In this document: positions 59,556-64,000 of the stretch, in pieces
How the letters are laid out: each line of letters begins with the position of its first letter
Numbering within the stretch: the first letter of the stretch is position 1
DNA from: Candidatus Dormiibacterota bacterium
Lineage (GTDB): Bacteria > Chloroflexota > Dormibacteria > Aeolococcales > Aeolococcaceae
Reading direction: 5' to 3'
Assembly (NCBI GenBank): GCA_963709585.1
Contig: CAVPXI010000015.1
Coordinates: 64,001 to 128,000 of the forward strand
DNA: 64,000 nt
Position numbers and translations under genes: made by a program
Notes under the pieces: model-generated
Told to the model about the DNA's origin: nothing
The model's database searches: none
What the model saw: only the letters and a program-made list of their open reading frames with translations

Positions 59556-61307
59556 CTACGTCTGGAATTGACTCGCGCTCGTGTATTGGGTGGACGCGCC
59601 GTCCAGTGTCTTTGTCACCGACGTGACGCTCGCGTGGCGCACCGCCGCGCGTGCCGTCTGAGGGGCATCGGCTGGGCTGCCCAGCTCGAACCAGAAGCTC
59701 GATCCGCTGCCGACGGCGGACTCGACGCCGATCGCACCGCCCATCGACTCGATGATGCGACGGTAGAGCGCTAGACCCAGCCCGGTCCCGGCGACCCCCG
59801 TCCGCTCCGCACCGAGGCGGTCGAATGGCTGGAAGAGCCGCGGGAGGAGCTCGGCCGCAATCCCGGGGCCGGAATCGGCGACGGTGACCCGGGTGCGGGC
59901 GCCGGTCACGGGCCGGATGCTGATGGATACCGCGCCGTCGACCGCAGAGTACTTGATGGCATTCGTCAGCAGGTTGATGAGCGCCTGCCGCAGCCGGAAG
60001 CGGTCCGCGCTGACGGACGCCGACGATTCCTCGACGCCGATCGTCCTGATGACGATGCCTCGCCGCCGCGCCTCGATGGCGACGAGCTCAAGGGCCTCCG
60101 CGATCACAGCCTGCAGCGGCACCTGCTCGATGTGAAGAGCCTGCCTGCCCGAGTTGATGTGCGAGATGTCGAGAATATCCTCGACGAGGGCCAGCAGATG
60201 CTCGGAGGCGCGGGTGAGCGCGTCGAGCTTGGCCAGCTGCGGCTCCCTGGTCTCGTCCAGCAGCAGGAGGTCCGCGTACCCGATGATCGCGGTCAGGGGC
60301 GTGCGCAGCTCGTGGCTGACCCGCGACAGGAACTCCGTCTTGGCCTGGTTGCTCGCCCGCAACTCGGCGGTCCTCGCCTCTACCTGCGCTTCCAGGTCCA
60401 CGGTCAGGTACTCGAGCGCACGGCGCGCGGCTCGCGCCTGGTCGGTCACCGCCGCAAGCACGAGGGCGATCAGCGCCACGCAGCCGTTGAATGTCTGCAG
60501 CGCCATCAGCGAGCCGGTCACCGACAGCGACGCCACGTAGGGCCCGCCGCCACGGACGGTGGCCGCGATGGCGATGCTCGAGACGATCACGACGGCGGTG
60601 GCCGCCCCCAGCCGCGAGAACCGCAGGGCCGCCCAGATGACCGGTGGAAAGATGAGGTATGTGACCGGGAAGTGGCTGATGAAAGCCCCGGCCGACGCGC
60701 CAGCCAGGACGAGCAAGAGGACCGCGGCCTCGAGCCCCTGCGCCCGGGTAGGGCGATGCCATGAACGGGTGGTGGCGACGAGCAGCAGGAATGGCGCGAA
60801 GAGCACCACACCCATCGAGTCGCCGATCCACCAGGTGGTCCAGGTGGCGCCGTAATCAGCCGGCGACATCCCGCCAGTGACGAGGAGCGCCAACGTCCCC
60901 TGCGTCGCCGAGATGGTCATCCCCACCAGCCCGGCCACTACAAGGGCGGTGACGTCGCGCACCCGAGCCAGGTCGCGCCGCATCGCCAGCACATGGGTGA
61001 GCAGGAGGCACGCAATAAGTGGCGCGAGCGTGTTGCCGACGGAGATCAGGAGGGCGGCCTCGATCCCGGCGCCGTTGGTGAGGTTCGCCAGGAATGCCCC
61101 CATTGCCACGCCGGGCAGCGCCCGCACGCCGAAGAGGAGCAGGGCGGCGACGGCGATGCCGGTCGGCGGCCAGACGGCGGTGACGTTGCGGTTGGCGAAG
61201 GCGAGCTGCAGCCCCAGCCGAGCCCCGATCAGGTATGCCACCGCGACGGCGGCAACCAGCAGGAGGCCCGATCCGGCGGCCCGCCCGCCCCCGTTCCGAG
61301 GCGCCAT
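59556..61307 (-). CDS. MASE1 domain sensor histidine kinase
   Basis: VWPPTGIAVAALL, WWIGDSMG; RVSHELRTPL, NLLTNAIKY, DSGPG, GTGLGL. Confidence 0.93.
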   Translation of the reverse strand: MAPRNGGGRAAGSGLLLVAAVAVAYLIGARLGLQLAFANRNVTAVWPPTGIAVAALLLFGVRALPGVAMGAFLANLTNGAGIEAALLISVGNTLAPLIACLLLTHVLAMRRDLARVRDVTALVVAGLVGMTISATQGTLALLVTGGMSPADYGATWTTWWIGDSMGVVLFAPFLLLVATTRSWHRPTRAQGLEAAVLLLVLAGASAGAFISHFPVTYLIFPPVIWAALRFSRLGAATAVVIVSSIAIAATVRGGGPYVASLSVTGSLMALQTFNGCVALIALVLAAVTDQARAARRALEYLTVDLEAQVEARTAELRASNQAKTEFLSRVSHELRTPLTAIIGYADLLLLDETREPQLAKLDALTRASEHLLALVEDILDISHINSGRQALHIEQVPLQAVIAEALELVAIEARRRGIVIRTIGVEESSASVSADRFRLRQALINLLTNAIKYSAVDGAVSISIRPVTGARTRVTVADSGPGIAAELLPRLFQPFDRLGAERTGVAGTGLGLALYRRIIESMGGAIGVESAVGSGSSFWFELGSPADAPQTARAAVRHASVTSVTKTLDGASTQYTSASQFQT

Positions 61308-61530
61308 GCCGGTAGTCTGCCGCCCTTCCCGACGCCGGGGATCGCCTGCCACGGGACTGCGACAACCGGCGCCGATCGCGGCGTTGAGCGCCTGAGCCGA
61401 TGCCGACTGACTCAATCCGATCACGCGTGTCACGAACTCCGCTCTCGGTACGGTGGCGGACAGACCCAACGCTCCAACCGCAACACAGTGACCGAGAGGG
61501 GCGCTCCGACCGTCACGAGGTGCACCCACC

Positions 61531-63540
61531 GTGTCCGTGCCGCGGCCCGACCCGTCGAACCTGCTCGCGTTTCCGGCGGCGCCGCGACCGAGTGGACAGC
61601 GCAGTGCTGGTGACTCGCCGGCGGAGGTCATCGGCCGACCTGCCCCTCCGATCTTCGTGAGCGGGGACGCACTTCTGCTCGGTTTGCTCGCCCTCCTCAA
61701 CGAATCCGCTGATATGGACCGGGCCCTCCAGGACGGCCTCGACATGATGACCGCGGCGACACGTGGCTGCGTCGGGGAGATCTGGCTGCGCACCGGCGAG
61801 GCGCGCGACGTCGAGCTGCACTACTCGTCGTCTGACGGATCGCCGGCCGTCGCGGCTTTCGTGGCAGCCGGTAGGGCGCTCGGAGTCGGTGCCGGACCCG
61901 CGTCGATCAGCCGGGTACTGAAGACCGGACGCGGTTCGACGGCAGCCCCCATGGGCGCAGATGACTGGGGCGCCCGCTCGAGTCAGGCAGCCAAGGCTGA
62001 CCTCCGCAGCGCAATGACCTTCCCGATCCGGACCAACGACGGGGTGATCGGTGTGCTCGCCGTTTTTTGCGAGACCGTAGAGCGTCCCGTCGGCGGCGTG
62101 CTCGACGCCATCCCGGTGGCCTGCCATCACATTGGTCGCTTCCTCGAGCGGGTTCGCGCCGATGACGCCCTCCATGAAGCAACCATGGAACTTTCCGCCC
62201 TGGCCTCTACGGATTCGCTCACCGGTCTGAACAATCGGCGCGAATTCGATCGGGCGCTGCGCACCATACCGCGCCAGCCGTTCGCCGTCCTCTCCCTGGA
62301 CCTTGACGGCCTGAAGGCCACCAATGACACCCATGGCCATGCCGCGGGTGATGCGTTGCTGCGCACGGTGGGCCACACGCTCGGGCTCCTTGTGCGCGGA
62401 TGGGATGTGATGGCCCGGGTCGGCGGCGACGAGTTCGCGGCTCTGCTCCCCGAGGTGGGCGTTTTCGGCGCAAACCTGGTCGCTGATCGCATGCGCTTGG
62501 CAATGCACTCACTTGTGCTGCCCAGTGGACCAGTGCGGATCACGGTTGGCTGGAGCGCAGCGCCGGCAGGGACCGACCCCGTGTCGGTGTGGCAGCGAGC
62601 GGATGAGTCCCTGTATAAGGCCAAGCATGCCGGCGGGGATCGGGTGATGGGCTGCTCGTACGAACGGGGCGAGGCCGGTGACATCGCCGACCGTTCTTAC
62701 TCCGACGTGGTCACGCATCTTCTAGAGGGTGGACCGATCACCACGATGTTCCAACCCATCGTCGAGCTCGTCGACGGCTCAGTGCTGGGCTACGAAGCCC
62801 TGGCACGCCCGGAAGGATTTGCGGCCATGGACTCCGTGGAGGCCGTGTTCGAGGCGGCTCGAACCAGTGGCCACATTCGCGATCTCGACTGGGTGTGCCG
62901 GCGCCGGGCGCTCGAGGATGCGAAGCAGCTCCCCGACGGCGTTGCGCTCTTTCTGAACATCAGCGCTGCCGCGCTGCTCGACCCCGTCCATGGCGTCGAC
63001 CAACTTCTCCTGTTGTTGCACACGGTTCAGCGCGCGCCCCAGACCGTTGTCCTCGAGATCACCGAGCACGAGCGTATCCGCGACTACGAACGACTCGGCA
63101 ATGTCCTCGCTGCCTACCGCGCTGAAGGCATCCGTTTTGCTCTCGACGACGTGGGCGAAGGTCACTCCACCGTCGAGCTGCTCGCCGCGTCCGGCAGCGA
63201 GTACCTCAAGCTGGGGCGCAGCCTCACCATGACCTCGAACCGGGTCGGATCAAAGGCCGCGATGCATGCCACCATGGCCTTCGCACGAGTCAGTGGAGCG
63301 GTGGTCATCGCCGAGGGAATCGAGAACGAGTTCGTCGCGGACCTGATGAAGGCGGCCGGCGTTCGCTACGGGCAGGGCTTCGGGTTGGGTAAGCCGACCA
63401 GAACACGCGACATCGAGGACGTCGGCAAGGCACTGGCGGGTCGCGCCGCACTCAGCGGGCTGCGACCGCGTGCGGTCGTCGCTCCTGTAGCGACCACAAG
63501 GAGCGCTCAGCCAGAGCCGGAGGGAGTCCCGGGTAGCTGA
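61531..63540 (+). CDS. GAF + GGDEF + EAL diguanylate cyclase/phosphodiesterase
   Basis: DSLTGLNNR, RGWD..GGDEF, GYEALAR, LEITE, DDVGEG, AEGIE, GQG. Confidence 0.93.
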   Translation: MSVPRPDPSNLLAFPAAPRPSGQRSAGDSPAEVIGRPAPPIFVSGDALLLGLLALLNESADMDRALQDGLDMMTAATRGCVGEIWLRTGEARDVELHYSSSDGSPAVAAFVAAGRALGVGAGPASISRVLKTGRGSTAAPMGADDWGARSSQAAKADLRSAMTFPIRTNDGVIGVLAVFCETVERPVGGVLDAIPVACHHIGRFLERVRADDALHEATMELSALASTDSLTGLNNRREFDRALRTIPRQPFAVLSLDLDGLKATNDTHGHAAGDALLRTVGHTLGLLVRGWDVMARVGGDEFAALLPEVGVFGANLVADRMRLAMHSLVLPSGPVRITVGWSAAPAGTDPVSVWQRADESLYKAKHAGGDRVMGCSYERGEAGDIADRSYSDVVTHLLEGGPITTMFQPIVELVDGSVLGYEALARPEGFAAMDSVEAVFEAARTSGHIRDLDWVCRRRALEDAKQLPDGVALFLNISAAALLDPVHGVDQLLLLLHTVQRAPQTVVLEITEHERIRDYERLGNVLAAYRAEGIRFALDDVGEGHSTVELLAASGSEYLKLGRSLTMTSNRVGSKAAMHATMAFARVSGAVVIAEGIENEFVADLMKAAGVRYGQGFGLGKPTRTRDIEDVGKALAGRAALSGLRPRAVVAPVATTRSAQPEPEGVPGS

Positions 63541-63565
63541 GCGCCCTTGTCGTCGGCGCGGAGTG

Positions 63566-64000
63566 TTAGTGGAGCAACTCGAACGTGTTGGTCGCGTCGT
63601 CCACGAAGTACAAGCCGTTGCCGTGTGGAGCTACGACGAGCCCAAAGAGCGCTCCGCTACCGGGCGGCGAGCCGCTCATGTCGAGCCAGGCGAACGCGAC
63701 CTGGGCACCCGCCGGCGTCGTCTCGACGATCGTTCCATCGCCGGCGTTGACGGTGAGGATGTCGCCGTTCGGCGCAAGCGTGAGCCCGAGCGGCGCGTTG
63801 AGCAAACCGTTGGCGGTCACGTCGGCGCCGGTGAATCCCGTGCTCATCCTGTTGAGCGCGTTCGGGATGGCCGCGATCCGGTTGTTGGCCGTATCCGCCA
63901 CGTAGAGGGTTCCGGCGGCGCTGAGAGCGACGCCGGTTGGGCCGACCACCAACGCAGCCGGGTCGGTGCGCTCTGCAAAACCGGAACCGACGACGGTGCT
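63566..64000 (-). CDS. NHL-repeat beta-propeller protein (C-terminal part; 5' end outside the window)
   Basis: GPTGVALSAAGTLYVADT, NAPLGLTLAPNGDILTVN, LYFVDD. Confidence 0.8.
   Translation of the reverse strand, partial: STVVGSGFAERTDPAALVVGPTGVALSAAGTLYVADTANNRIAAIPNALNRMSTGFTGADVTANGLLNAPLGLTLAPNGDILTVNAGDGTIVETTPAGAQVAFAWLDMSGSPPGSGALFGLVVAPHGNGLYFVDDATNTFELLH

Overview
A 64-kb chromosomal stretch from a high-GC bacterium. Gram-positive-type LexA box, frequent leaderless starts and gene content suggest a Terrabacteria lineage such as Actinomycetota, Chloroflexota or Dormibacterota; this is inference only. The left third is mostly housekeeping and metabolism: a zinc-ribbon/adenylate cyclase/ATPase/TPR protein, tRNA-Leu(CAG), secG, phospholipase D, isocitrate dehydrogenase, mutY, malQ/glgX and a UvrD-like helicase with a perfect SOS box. 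The middle holds accessory redox, stress and regulatory genes plus gene remnants. The right third holds secreted and cell-surface proteins (a WxL/DUF916-like pair, a beta-propeller-like protein, phospholipase C) and c-di-GMP enzymes. It also holds the most interesting locus: a tightly coupled operon (FAD reductase, PTPS, SAM methyltransferase, GT4 glycosyltransferase, SDR) that looks like a pathway for a methylated pterin glycoside. About ten genes carry single-base frameshifts, mostly in short homopolymers, which are probably sequencing or assembly errors. No integrase, transposase, CRISPR array or rRNA was seen.
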